Shown here: positions 1-10,077 of the stretch, piece after piece
Numbering within the stretch: position 1 is the first letter of the stretch
Layout: every line of letters begins with the position of its first letter
Source of the DNA: Promethearchaeota archaeon
Lineage (GTDB): Archaea > Asgardarchaeota > Hermodarchaeia > Hermodarchaeales > Hermodarchaeaceae
Reading direction: 5' to 3'
NCBI GenBank assembly: GCA_048939625.1
Contig: JBHLPH010000003.1
Location: forward strand, 64,001-128,000
DNA length: 64,000 nucleotides
Position numbers and translations under genes: made by a program
Notes under the pieces: model-generated
Told to the model about the DNA's origin: nothing
Databases searched by the model: none
What the model saw: only the letters and a program-made list of their open reading frames with translations

Positions 1-2
1 CA

Positions 3-494
3 TTAATCTTTGACGAATACAAAGATGTCTCTGCGAAGGTAATTCGGGCTATTCCTTGGTCAAGGTATCGTATTCGCCCTGGAATGCCAATAGCAGCTTT
101 TGTGGCAGTTGTGAGTACAAAAATTCCATTCAAAACTGCCGGTAAGGAATTCATCGCTGATCTTACAGAATTAGAGTACGATATTCGAATGGGATTGATG
201 GAGTGCGCTCGTGGATTAAAAGGACACTTACGGCAGAAAGAAAAGGTACAAAGAGAAAGGGTTCGAGCCAGCGTTTACGAAAAGTACTTACCAATTATTG
301 CCAGGGATATTGCCGCATTAGCAGGAAAGCGGAAAGTTCCTGATACCAAATCGCTAGTCAAAAGCGCTTTGACGATTTCACTTGAGGGAGAAGAAGAAAG
401 CGAAGAAGAATCGCCTGCTGAAGAGGGACTACTACAAGAGTCTCCTCCTGAAATTGAAGAACCAGAGGACATGGAAGAAATGGAGGAAGCATAA
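3..494 (+). CDS. top6B: DNA topoisomerase VI subunit B, C-terminal part (5' truncated by window)
   Basis: The frame stays open to the window edge. VSTKIPFKTAGKEFIA is the transducer-domain motif; acidic tail; directly upstream of top6A. Confidence 0.92.
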   Translation, partial: LIFDEYKDVSAKVIRAIPWSRYRIRPGMPIAAFVAVVSTKIPFKTAGKEFIADLTELEYDIRMGLMECARGLKGHLRQKEKVQRERVRASVYEKYLPIIARDIAALAGKRKVPDTKSLVKSALTISLEGEEESEEESPAEEGLLQESPPEIEEPEDMEEMEEA

Positions 495-496
495 CG

Positions 497-1828
497 ATGG
501 CAGAATATACCCCCGACCACATTATTCGACAATTATCACGTCGATGGAAAACGACTAAGCGCCTAACAAAACTACTTAAAATCGACTCCACTCGACTTCG
601 TCGAGCACTGAAGAAAATGGAAGAAGAAGGGTTAGTGGAATCCCGTAAGCGAACTGGGCAACTTGAGTGGCGATTGGCTAAAGGTGAAGCAAAACGTATT
701 AGCCAAATCAAGAAGGAACCTAAGGCATTCAAAGAGGAGCAAAAAACATCTGAACAGATTCGCAATGATATGAAAGGAGTTGGTCAGACCCTATATCGGA
801 CCCTTTCAAGAGGTCAGTTTCCAGAAATTGAATTGCCAAGTCGTAGTACGGGTAATATCCGATTTGACCAAGAATTAGGCCAGTATGTACTTGCAGGAAA
901 AACCGTAACCCGGTCAACTAAGAATGTCGGTCAAATCCGAAGCTTCAGTCAATTTGTGTGGGTCATGCGGTTTCTAAAAGAATTGATCACTGAAGGTAAA
1001 TCCAGTACTTTACGAGATATTTATTACCAGTCATTTGGCTTCGGGGTGAAATTTGCTCAACAAAGTGAAAGTGATACAACGATCACTGATGTTGAAGCAA
1101 AGCTAAGGACTCCTCGTGAATCATTCCGAGTCTTTCCTGAGGAACGCGCAGCCATTTATGGTGATTTAACTGTTGAGTACACGTCACCTCCCAAATATGC
1201 AGGAAAACAGGTGAACTTAACTGATCACCCTGATGGCCTCATGATTGGTCCGTACCTGACATCTGCAAAATTCCTTAAGTGCAAAGCAAAGCGGGTAATT
1301 GCCATTGAATCGGGTGGTATGTTTACTCGATTCGTTGAAGATGGAGTTCACGAAACCCAAGATGCAATTCTCATTCATACCGCAGGCCAGGCGCCGCGCA
1401 GCGTTCGACGGACAATACGACGGCTTCGATATGAATTGAATTTACCAACCTTCCTGTTCGTAGACGCTGACCCTTGGGGAGCACATATTGCCATGGTAAT
1501 TATCTCAGGAAGCGCTTCTGCAGCACACCTTCGCGGACTGGCTACGCCAGATGCCATTTGGATGGGTGTTTGGGCTTCAGATATTCAGAAGTATAATCTG
1601 CCGAGTGATCCATTCACTGATACTGATAAGAAACGCACCCAAGATTTGCTGAAAGACCCTCGTTACCAAACCAAATTCTGGCAAAAAGAGTTGAATTTAT
1701 TCCTCAAAAATCAAAGAAAGGCAGAGCAACAGGCTTTCAGCCGGTATGGACTCAGTTTTGTCACCGAGGAATATTTGCCAAACAAGTTTAAGGAAATCAC
1801 TAAACTTCAACAACAAGGTATCCTCTAA
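497..1828 (+). CDS. top6A: DNA topoisomerase VI subunit A with extra N-terminal winged-helix region
   Basis: STLRDIYY (catalytic Tyr), IESGGMF, DADPWG TOPRIM motif, KAEQQA. Confidence 0.95.
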   Translation: MAEYTPDHIIRQLSRRWKTTKRLTKLLKIDSTRLRRALKKMEEEGLVESRKRTGQLEWRLAKGEAKRISQIKKEPKAFKEEQKTSEQIRNDMKGVGQTLYRTLSRGQFPEIELPSRSTGNIRFDQELGQYVLAGKTVTRSTKNVGQIRSFSQFVWVMRFLKELITEGKSSTLRDIYYQSFGFGVKFAQQSESDTTITDVEAKLRTPRESFRVFPEERAAIYGDLTVEYTSPPKYAGKQVNLTDHPDGLMIGPYLTSAKFLKCKAKRVIAIESGGMFTRFVEDGVHETQDAILIHTAGQAPRSVRRTIRRLRYELNLPTFLFVDADPWGAHIAMVIISGSASAAHLRGLATPDAIWMGVWASDIQKYNLPSDPFTDTDKKRTQDLLKDPRYQTKFWQKELNLFLKNQRKAEQQAFSRYGLSFVTEEYLPNKFKEITKLQQQGIL

Positions 1829-1854
1829 ATCTCAAATCCCTAACACAATCAAAG

Positions 1855-3180
1855 ATGGCGAAGGCAGAATTCTTTTGTACCGTAAGACTACCATTCTTAC
1901 GTCAGACTCATTTGGATGTGACGATGGTGGATACCGTTAGTTTTCCTTACGGAAAGGAACAGGTTCAATTGAAGATTCCAGACCGCAATTTTCTCGGCTT
2001 TTTAGACGCCAAACCAATGAAAGGAACCGCCAATCCAAACCAGGTAGTAACTGAGGCGATTCTGAATCCTATTGGCTCGCCGCAATTAAGTGAAATCGCC
2101 CGGCCAGGACAGACCGCAGCCATAGTCGTTGATGACCACACCCGAGGCTTACCCTGCCATATTCTGATTAACCCCCTCATGGATCAGCTTCGCGAAGCAG
2201 GAATCAAGGAAAAGGATGTCACCATCATTTTTGGAACGGGAACACACAGGGCAACAAACCTAGAAGAACAGCAAGCTCTTCTATGTGATGTCTCCTGTCA
2301 AAGCCACCGCGTTAAAGTTCATAGTTGTGACGCCAAAGATTTGGTCGATGTGGGCACCACCTCGTTTGGAACCAAAGTAGAAATTAACCCAACATTTCAT
2401 GACGCGGATCTTCATTTACTCACCGGAGATATCGGTTATCATTATTATGCGGGATTCGGAGGCGGTCGAAAGAGTGTATTACCTGCAATAAGTAGCCGTG
2501 CCACTATCAACAAAAATCACGGCATGTTAACAGACCCCAAGGCAACTACCGGAAATCTCGAAGATAATCCCATCCACCTTGATATGACTGAAGCAGCCCG
2601 TCTAGCCCGAACCGATTTTATCGTTAATTTCGTACGGAACACAAACAAAGAAATTGTCACGGCTTATGCAGGTGACCTAGAACAAGCGTTCTTGGAAGGA
2701 ACCAGTTTCGCCGATTCAATGGGTCGAGTGAAAATCAAGGAAAAGGCAGATATCGTAATCACTAGCTGCGGATATCCGAAGGATATAAACCTCTACCAAG
2801 GAACGAAAGCTATGGTTCACGCACTCGGTGCAGTACGAGATGGTGGTGTACTAATTGCTCTTCTTGAATGTCGTGAGGGAATTGGTAACCAAGTCTTCGA
2901 AGAATGGGCGCACAAGTATCCATCTTTTGATGAATTAAGTCACCAGATTCAGACTAATTTCATCATGGGTGGACACAAGATCTTTTACATGGCCCAAGGT
3001 GCAAACCGCGTGCATCAATATTTGATTTCTAGTCTTGATCCTAAGGAACTGGAACAGTTCTACTATGTTACTCCCTTCAATTCAATTGAGAAAGCCCTAG
3101 AAGCTGCTTTTGAGCAAGTAGGCAACGATTCAAGCGTATGGGCAATGCCCCATGGGACTGATGTTTTGCCCTCGATTTAG
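1855..3180 (+). CDS. larA: LarA-family nickel-pincer (lactate/2-hydroxyacid) racemase; probable start ATG 1924
   Basis: DDHTR, GTGTHR, HYYAGFGGGRKSVLP, GYPKDINLYQGTK, GGHK motifs. Confidence 0.88.
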   Translation: MAKAEFFCTVRLPFLRQTHLDVTMVDTVSFPYGKEQVQLKIPDRNFLGFLDAKPMKGTANPNQVVTEAILNPIGSPQLSEIARPGQTAAIVVDDHTRGLPCHILINPLMDQLREAGIKEKDVTIIFGTGTHRATNLEEQQALLCDVSCQSHRVKVHSCDAKDLVDVGTTSFGTKVEINPTFHDADLHLLTGDIGYHYYAGFGGGRKSVLPAISSRATINKNHGMLTDPKATTGNLEDNPIHLDMTEAARLARTDFIVNFVRNTNKEIVTAYAGDLEQAFLEGTSFADSMGRVKIKEKADIVITSCGYPKDINLYQGTKAMVHALGAVRDGGVLIALLECREGIGNQVFEEWAHKYPSFDELSHQIQTNFIMGGHKIFYMAQGANRVHQYLISSLDPKELEQFYYVTPFNSIEKALEAAFEQVGNDSSVWAMPHGTDVLPSI

Positions 3181-3210
3181 TCGAAAATATCTTCCCAGTA
3201 TTAACGAAGC

Positions 3211-4437
3211 TCAGGGAAAAGGTAATAAAAATCCCATAGTTAGCGGGGGAAGAAGGAGTATCACCATAACATAGGAGAGTGGTCCCACAATTTTCCTCCA
3301 AGTGCTAATCGGAGAAACATCATCAATTGGTCCTGGGTGCCGTCCTGCGAACAAAAAGAAGGCAATAAGTGCCATAAACCAATAACCAAAGATGAACAAT
3401 ACAAAAATGCCTACAAATGATACTAATCGGTGGAATCGGCCACCAACGAGGGCTCGGGAAACGTGCCCTCCATCAAGCTGCCCAATCGGGAAGTAATTTA
3501 GAGCTGTGATGAGAAAACCGACCCAACCTGCAAAAGCAACAGGATGCAGATACGCTGTATAACCTGCGGGAATACCAAAGGTGATTAACGCCCAAATCCA
3601 ATCAAAGAGAAGTGGTGTTGGAAGCGCACTGAAGGTAAGTCCATTGAGTTGCATCCACGCATATAGATCAGTGGATTGAGCTTGACTAAGAATGGGGCTA
3701 ATTGACAACCCAATCACCACGACTACTACTGAAACGAGAAAGCCAACGACTGGTCCACTGATTCCCAAATCAAAAAGGCTGTCTCGTGTTGGTGGAGGCG
3801 ATCGTTGAACAATGAGTGCACCAAAGGTTCCATAATAGAAACCTGGAATAAAGTAAGGCATCGAAGCTTCAACTTTATGATAACGACTTGCTCCAACATG
3901 TCCAAATTCATGAAGACCAATTATTGCTAGAAGGGCAATAGTATAGCCAATCATCACAATAACCGGATCATAGGTGATGCCGAAATAAGTAGCGTAAATA
4001 TAAGCAAATGCGGGATCAGTAGCGAAGAACCAGCCTGCAAAAAGAACCGTAATGACTGTAGCAACAAAGAGGATGATATTCATTGTATAGCTGCTGGCTC
4101 GTCGTGGGGGAGGAGCTGGAATCAGTTTAATCACTGTACTCTTTTCACCAGTCCCTGCGAACAGTTCAACGTGCCGAATTACAGCTAGCAGGTTGTGGGG
4201 TTCAAGACGTTTCGTTAGGCGATTTGATCGTTCCTTTATTTTCGAGTCAACTTCGATGACGAAAATAGGGAGATTATCATGAGCGTCAATGTATGCGTAG
4301 GTGACTACGAATTCTTCTTTGACGATATCTCTGAGCTTCAGAAGATAGGTATCTGGTATGAAGGTGTCTCCGCCCGAAAACATAGAAGTATCTTCTACGC
4401 TTGAATCTTTGACTGGGGGAGTTTCTTCATTTGACAA
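3211..4437 (-). CDS. Site-2 protease (peptidase M50) family membrane metalloprotease
   Basis: HEFGH zinc motif, NYFPIGQLDGGH, multiple TM segments. Confidence 0.9.
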   Translation of the reverse strand: MSNEETPPVKDSSVEDTSMFSGGDTFIPDTYLLKLRDIVKEEFVVTYAYIDAHDNLPIFVIEVDSKIKERSNRLTKRLEPHNLLAVIRHVELFAGTGEKSTVIKLIPAPPPRRASSYTMNIILFVATVITVLFAGWFFATDPAFAYIYATYFGITYDPVIVMIGYTIALLAIIGLHEFGHVGASRYHKVEASMPYFIPGFYYGTFGALIVQRSPPPTRDSLFDLGISGPVVGFLVSVVVVVIGLSISPILSQAQSTDLYAWMQLNGLTFSALPTPLLFDWIWALITFGIPAGYTAYLHPVAFAGWVGFLITALNYFPIGQLDGGHVSRALVGGRFHRLVSFVGIFVLFIFGYWFMALIAFFLFAGRHPGPIDDVSPISTWRKIVGPLSYVMVILLLPPLTMGFLLPFP

Positions 4438-4553
4438 AGGCGGTCACCGCAAAACTCTAAGCACGCCTGAGAGTCGAGGCACAAAAAGCTTTCCAAATAG
4501 TCAGGCGGTGAATTTTTAATGAACAATAGTATGGACTCTACTAGCTGATTTCA

Positions 4554-5039
4554 TTGACTGAGCTCCAAGGCATTGTCGTGCGAAAGGCAGAACCGACCGA
4601 TATCCCAGCAGTAATGAGGATCAATCTTGACACTCTGCCAGAGAATTACCCCGAATACTTCTTTCGCCAAATCCAAGAACGTTATGCTGAAGCGTTCTTT
4701 GTCGCTGAAAAAGAGGGGAAAGTGATTGGTTACATTATGTGCCGGATGGAGGGTGGGATTTCAAATTTCGGATTACGGTGGGTTCGTCGAGGGCATATTG
4801 TAAGCGTGGCGGTTTTACAAGAATACCGTCGCCAAAATATCGCATCGGAGCTTATCACACATTCTATGAAGACGCTTGAAACTGTATACGCGGCAAAAGA
4901 AATTATTCTTGAAGTGCGAATTTCAAATCATGCAGCGGTCAAGCTTTATGATAAACTTGGATTCAAGCGGATCCGAACCTTACCGACTTACTATCGAAAT
5001 GGTGAAGATGCGCAGCTTATGGCACTAAAACTTCGCTAG
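4554..5039 (+). CDS. N-terminal acetyltransferase, Ard1/Naa10/RimI family
   Basis: LPENY, GHIVSVAV, YRRQNIA, LEVRISN, YYRNGEDA. Confidence 0.9.
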   Translation: MTELQGIVVRKAEPTDIPAVMRINLDTLPENYPEYFFRQIQERYAEAFFVAEKEGKVIGYIMCRMEGGISNFGLRWVRRGHIVSVAVLQEYRRQNIASELITHSMKTLETVYAAKEIILEVRISNHAAVKLYDKLGFKRIRTLPTYYRNGEDAQLMALKLR

Positions 5040-5110
5040 CGCCGGATTTATGAAGCATTGAACGAATTGTCTTTGTTCCAAAGATTTCAGGATATGATGT
5101 ACGAGACAGG

Positions 5111-6640
5111 GTGAGTTTTGTTATGAAGTTGAAAGTTCAGATTTTAGATATTGATACTGGTGGTGTACATAAGATATTACTCAATCCCGTTGATATTACC
5201 CATTTAGCTATGTTTGCAGGAGAGCGCGTTCTTCTCAAGTTTCGCAACGAAGAAACTGTAGCGATTGCCGACTCCACGTCTCTAGTTGAGCCAGGAAAAG
5301 TGGGAGTATTAAATGAGGTTCAAAGGGAGCTCAATTTAAAGGAAAGGGACCTCATCGATGTTTCAGGCGATGTTAAACCTACCTCCATACGGGCAATCCG
5401 AAAGAAGATGGATGGACTAACATTAGATCGAGACGAAATCGAGGCTATAGTTGCTGATTTGGTCACGGGTCGGCTCGCTGATATCGATATCGCTGCCTTT
5501 TTAGTTTCTGAACAGATCAGAGGATTATCCCTTGAAGAAACTGTTCATCTCACCCGGTCAATAGCTCAAGAAGGCGAGCAACTAGATTTTGGAGCCAATG
5601 TTTTTGATAAACATAGTATTGGCGGAGTTCCGGGAAACAAAGTCTCTCTAGTTATTGTACCAATCGTAGCAGCAGCAGGCCTACTGATTCCTAAGACCAG
5701 CAGCCGGGCAATAACAAGTCCAAGTGGGACCGCTGATACAATGGAAGTTCTTGCGGATGTCGAGTTTAGTTCAGAGGAGTTGCTAGAAATTGTGAATGAG
5801 GTGAATGCAGCTATAGTTTGGGGTGGATCATTAAACCTTGCTCCTGCAGATGATCTCTTCATTCAAGTTGAACATCCATTGCGAATCGATCCTCGACCCC
5901 AAATGATTGCCTCTATTATGGCGAAAAAACTCTCAACCGGAATTCAATACCTAGTTCTAGATATTCCAACTGGGGATGGCTGCAAAGTCACTACCATGGA
6001 AGAAGCTAGAAAATTAAGCCATGATTTTATTACTGTTGGCAATGAACTGGGAATTAACGTCCACTGCGCAATGACATACGGTAGCCAACCAGTAGGGCAC
6101 GCAATTGGTCCAGCACTTGAAGCAAAGGAAGCATTAGAAACGCTCATGGGAAAAGGCCCAACAAGCCTTATAGAAAAATCAACAGGGCTCTCTGGTCTTC
6201 TTCTTGAAATGGGTGGATTGGCTGCACGAGGAGCCGGACGAAAATTAGCAAAAGAGATTTTGAGCCAAGGGAAAGCTTTGGAGAAAATGAGAGAAATCAT
6301 CAAGGCCCAGAATGGAAAATCAAACATTACTCCTGAAGAGATTCCCGTGGGAACTCACACCCATGATTTACACGCCCCCACGGATGGCTACGTTGCCACT
6401 TTGCAAAATCGCGCCTTAGTCCGTATTGCTCGAGCTGCAGGAACTCCCAAAATACAAGGAGCCGGGTTATACCTCCATGCAAAGATTGGCTCCCGTGTGA
6501 AGCAGGGAGAGCCCGTGCTAACTATTTATGCGGAAACCGAAGCAAAACTTAGTGACGCCATTGATGTTGCCAAAAGCTTAATGCCGTTTACTGTAGAAGG
6601 AATGCTCCTCCACACAATGACAGAAACGGAACAATTCTAA
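5111..6640 (+). CDS. AMP phosphorylase
   Basis: N-terminal double-psi extension; DKHSIGGVPGNK; KTSSRAITSPSGTAD; ~505 aa. Confidence 0.92.
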   Translation: MSFVMKLKVQILDIDTGGVHKILLNPVDITHLAMFAGERVLLKFRNEETVAIADSTSLVEPGKVGVLNEVQRELNLKERDLIDVSGDVKPTSIRAIRKKMDGLTLDRDEIEAIVADLVTGRLADIDIAAFLVSEQIRGLSLEETVHLTRSIAQEGEQLDFGANVFDKHSIGGVPGNKVSLVIVPIVAAAGLLIPKTSSRAITSPSGTADTMEVLADVEFSSEELLEIVNEVNAAIVWGGSLNLAPADDLFIQVEHPLRIDPRPQMIASIMAKKLSTGIQYLVLDIPTGDGCKVTTMEEARKLSHDFITVGNELGINVHCAMTYGSQPVGHAIGPALEAKEALETLMGKGPTSLIEKSTGLSGLLLEMGGLAARGAGRKLAKEILSQGKALEKMREIIKAQNGKSNITPEEIPVGTHTHDLHAPTDGYVATLQNRALVRIARAAGTPKIQGAGLYLHAKIGSRVKQGEPVLTIYAETEAKLSDAIDVAKSLMPFTVEGMLLHTMTETEQF

Positions 6641-6656
6641 CAATGAGCTGGTTCAG

Positions 6657-7841
6657 TTGACAGCGTATGAAGCTAATAATGTTAAAGATTCGCGTATTTT
6701 ATCTAGTGAACCAGCAGTACACAAAACCTTTAACATTTCACGACGCGAAGCTGTTCTAGCTTTAGTCCTTTTCGTTTTCTATTTGCTTTGCCTCTTTGTG
6801 TTCCAAAGCATTTTGTTATTAATTATTGGAACTGTGGCGTTGGCAGTTTGGTTAACATTTCGCGCTTCACATTTCGCCATTGATGGCTTGGAATCGTTAG
6901 GAGCCATCGCTGGATTAAGCGCATATTTCATTGGAGTACTCTCATCCATTGCTTCAAACACGCCTGAAGCAGTTGTGAGTGCACTAACCGCGTGGCGCGG
7001 TTATACCGCAGGAAATCCTGAATTGGTGGAAATAGCAGTTCTAAGCGTCATTATGGCTGCAGGATTTAATATTCTGTTATTAGGAATTGTTGTCATCCTT
7101 TCAACACGTAAAACACGAGAAGTAGAAGTTCCAAGTGAAGTCGTTAAGGATGATGCAGACCTAATACGATGGACCATTGTAGTAATGATTCTTCTCGTGG
7201 CATTTGGCATCCTCTTTTATGTTGATCAACTCATTCATGGTGTAATTCCTGAACTCACTTTTTTGCCTCCAGTTCTCGGATTCTTGATGGTGCTCTCATA
7301 TACTTTTTATGCAATTTATGCCGTCAAAAAACCCTCAGTAAAAGACAAACCAATTCCTCGACCTCGTCACTCTAAAAGGAATTCTGCAGTATTGGCAATT
7401 ATTGGATTTGTGGGCATCTTTATAGCCGGGTATCTCCTGACCGAAGCAATTGAGACAGCATTTGATTTAATACCATGGACAGTTTTTGGCCTAATCGGAT
7501 CCCAGCGTATTGCTATTATGGCCTTAATGATTGGAGCCGTGGGTGCACTTCCTGAACATGGCATTGCTGTAATTGCAGCTACAAAAGGCAAGGCAGACAT
7601 TGCTATTGGTAATACATTAGGAGGAACCACCCAAGTCTTGCTACTCATTGTAGGTGGCGTAGCTATGTTTCTGCCCTTACCACTGGACGCGGCGGTTCTT
7701 CTCCAGTTTGCCACAGCAGCAGGATCATTATGGTTCTTAAAACGTGCCTTAACAGATGATAAGAAGGTTGACATCTTTGAGGGCGCCATGATACTGTTGA
7801 TGCAGGCATTCGTTTTCATCCTCGTGCTGATGCCAATTTAA
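6657..7841 (+). CDS. Ca2+/cation (Na+/Ca2+ or H+/Ca2+) exchanger family membrane protein
   Basis: Two alpha repeats (ASNTPE and GALPEH...IAIGNTLG); about 11-12 TM segments. Confidence 0.8.
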   Translation: MTAYEANNVKDSRILSSEPAVHKTFNISRREAVLALVLFVFYLLCLFVFQSILLLIIGTVALAVWLTFRASHFAIDGLESLGAIAGLSAYFIGVLSSIASNTPEAVVSALTAWRGYTAGNPELVEIAVLSVIMAAGFNILLLGIVVILSTRKTREVEVPSEVVKDDADLIRWTIVVMILLVAFGILFYVDQLIHGVIPELTFLPPVLGFLMVLSYTFYAIYAVKKPSVKDKPIPRPRHSKRNSAVLAIIGFVGIFIAGYLLTEAIETAFDLIPWTVFGLIGSQRIAIMALMIGAVGALPEHGIAVIAATKGKADIAIGNTLGGTTQVLLLIVGGVAMFLPLPLDAAVLLQFATAAGSLWFLKRALTDDKKVDIFEGAMILLMQAFVFILVLMPI

Positions 7842-7946
7842 GATAACCGCAGAATCATGCTCAGACCTGTTTAGCTTAACAAACTCTTTTAGGTAACCAA
7901 AAGAGGGTCTAAAATTAGTTCTGAGCAATGAACTGGTGGGAATGCT

Positions 7947-8660
7947 GTGTCTTTTGATAGCATGGAAGGAGAAATGATTCAAATGCCAGCTACCATCCTA
8001 ACCCAGTTGGGATTAGTAGCACCTTCAGTGTTGGCACCAAGCATCAAGTTATCAAACTTCATTCCCACAGAACGAGTGGTCTTGGTAAATCTTGATAACT
8101 TTGGATTACTTGAAGTTGTATTACATAAACCTCAATTTCTACTCAAAGAAGCCCGTTTACTCTTAACTTTAGAGACGAACAATGGTTTTGCGTCAAATGT
8201 CATCCATGAGCTTATCCATGGGAATCGACCCGATGGATTCAATCTCTTTTCCTTTCTCATTCACCAAGGCAAAACAGCAGTTTTAGTAGATCGCGAAACC
8301 CAACGAGATAACGCGGGTCAAGCAACCTTCCACGTTGCTGATACGGATATGCGTACTTACATTGAAACCGCAAAACTCCTTAATCGTTCAGATTTATTGT
8401 ATATCCATTTCCTCGACTTTGATACACTATATAGAGAGCATATCAGTCGACCACCGTTAGAATTAGCTCAGAAATTACTTCACCGTACAGATCGTTGGCT
8501 TCTCGGATTTTACAAACAGGCCCGAGCCAATACACTTTTTCTTATCCTCGGTAATCAGGGACAACGCGATTATGGTTTGAAATACGAAGGTAAATACCAA
8601 GATTGGGCAGCTGCAAATGTGCCCATTTGCCTCGTTATTTACAAACCTGGCGGAGAATAA
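7947..8660 (+). CDS. Alkaline-phosphatase/phosphodiesterase-fold protein, degenerate
   Basis: VVLVNLDNFG, DLLYIHFLDFD and LFLILGNQG align with the AP-superfamily core strands. Confidence 0.5.
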   Translation: MSFDSMEGEMIQMPATILTQLGLVAPSVLAPSIKLSNFIPTERVVLVNLDNFGLLEVVLHKPQFLLKEARLLLTLETNNGFASNVIHELIHGNRPDGFNLFSFLIHQGKTAVLVDRETQRDNAGQATFHVADTDMRTYIETAKLLNRSDLLYIHFLDFDTLYREHISRPPLELAQKLLHRTDRWLLGFYKQARANTLFLILGNQGQRDYGLKYEGKYQDWAAANVPICLVIYKPGGE

Positions 8661-9027
8661 GAAAATGACCAGTCTAATTGAATCCGAGAACGAAAGCGAC
8701 GAAGAACCTCGCGAGCCCCTTGATCAGCTCGCCACAATTCTTTTTCTTGTATTTGGTGGAGCTTTGGGGTATTTACTTATTGCCTACAGTTATGGATTAT
8801 ACCCGTTTATTGTAGTAGACCCGATTCAATCACTTCTCCCCACCTGGGATGCTGTGATTACCTTCATTGCACTTCTCATCATTATGTTTGCAGGTCTAAT
8901 TGGTGGATTAGTTCGAATGCGCTATTCGATTTATCTAGTTGGAGCAGTCACCCTTATTGCGATTTTCGTGATCCTATTCTATGCTTTGCTTGCAGTTAGT
9001 CAATTAGTAGGTCCTTTAGCCCCTTAG
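8617..9027 (+). CDS. Small 3-TM membrane protein (probable start ATG 8665)
   Basis: Acidic N-terminus followed by three hydrophobic helices. Confidence 0.75.
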   Translation: MCPFASLFTNLAENKKMTSLIESENESDEEPREPLDQLATILFLVFGGALGYLLIAYSYGLYPFIVVDPIQSLLPTWDAVITFIALLIIMFAGLIGGLVRMRYSIYLVGAVTLIAIFVILFYALLAVSQLVGPLAP

Positions 9028-9091
9028 TAAGGACAAGATAAGCCTAAAAGCAAGTTCTCCATTTGATTCATATAACCGGAGCTACGCCTTC

Positions 9092-10066
9092 ATGACGCTT
9101 GCTGATTTGATGGATAAAGCGACTCTTCGTTTTCTCCTCTTTGGTGGAAAAGGTGGAGTAGGAAAGACCAGCAGTGCCGCTGCATCAGCGCTTTGGGCTG
9201 CAGAACATGGACGAGAAACACTCGTACTTAGTACAGACCCAGCTCATAGTCTTGGAGATTGTTTTGCTCAAGACATTAGTGGTGGTGAGATTATACCGAT
9301 TAAAGGCGTAAAGAATCTATACGGAATGGAAATCAATCCACAAAAGGCATATGAGCAATATAAAGAAACAGCCCAGCAATCAGATGCTGGTGATATGGAG
9401 GCGATGGGAGGGATGATGGGATTCGATGATTTGGCGGATATGTCCGCTCCTGGATCAGATGAAACCTTGGCTTTCGCAAAAGTATTGGAGTTCATCCATG
9501 AATGTGATTATGATTTAGTTGTCTTTGATACAGCTCCAACAGGCCACACTCTTCGGCTTTTAGGACTTCCAGAAATGCTGGATAGTTTCTTTGGTAAACT
9601 CATCAAGTTACGAATGCGATTCAGCAGTATGTTCAGCCGATTGAAAGTGATCTTTGGGAGAGGAGATTCATCAGAAGAAGAAAATCCAATGGAGAATTTA
9701 GAGAAACTCAAAGCTGCCATAAACGAAGCACGGGTTGAACTAACTGACCCAACCAGAACCAGCTTCGTCATCGTCATGATTCCAGAGGCCATGGCTGTAT
9801 CTGAGACTGAACGCCTTCTTCAAACACTTTACGAATATCAAATACCAACCAGTCACATCATTGTAAACATGATTTTTCCGGACGTTCCTGAATGCTATTT
9901 CTGTAAAGCCCGAAAGAACATGCAAAGCCAATATCTTACTCAAATTCATGATATTTATGACGATTTTACAATTTCTGAAGTACCCTTATTTGCGGATGAG
10001 ATTCGAGGAATCCCTGCATTAAGCAGACTATCGAATTTATTAACAACCGGATTACTTCCTGAATAA
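9092..10066 (+). CDS. Get3/TRC40-type ArsA-family ATPase
   Basis: GGKGGVGKT, STDPAHS, DTAPTGHT. Single domain, Met-rich helical insert, CYFC..R..MQ (Get3 zinc CxxC). Confidence 0.9.
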   Translation: MTLADLMDKATLRFLLFGGKGGVGKTSSAAASALWAAEHGRETLVLSTDPAHSLGDCFAQDISGGEIIPIKGVKNLYGMEINPQKAYEQYKETAQQSDAGDMEAMGGMMGFDDLADMSAPGSDETLAFAKVLEFIHECDYDLVVFDTAPTGHTLRLLGLPEMLDSFFGKLIKLRMRFSSMFSRLKVIFGRGDSSEEENPMENLEKLKAAINEARVELTDPTRTSFVIVMIPEAMAVSETERLLQTLYEYQIPTSHIIVNMIFPDVPECYFCKARKNMQSQYLTQIHDIYDDFTISEVPLFADEIRGIPALSRLSNLLTTGLLPE

Positions 10067-10077
10067 GGCGAAAAAGA

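Noticed and set aside
497-700. Z-alpha (Z-DNA-binding) identity for the Top6A N-terminal wHTH
   Set aside because: It has the wing Trp but lacks the NxxxY recognition-helix residues, so it is kept only as a generic wHTH.
9092-10066. Arsenite-pump ArsA
   Set aside because: Single domain with Get3-type CxxC; no arsB/acr3/arsD/arsR neighbours.
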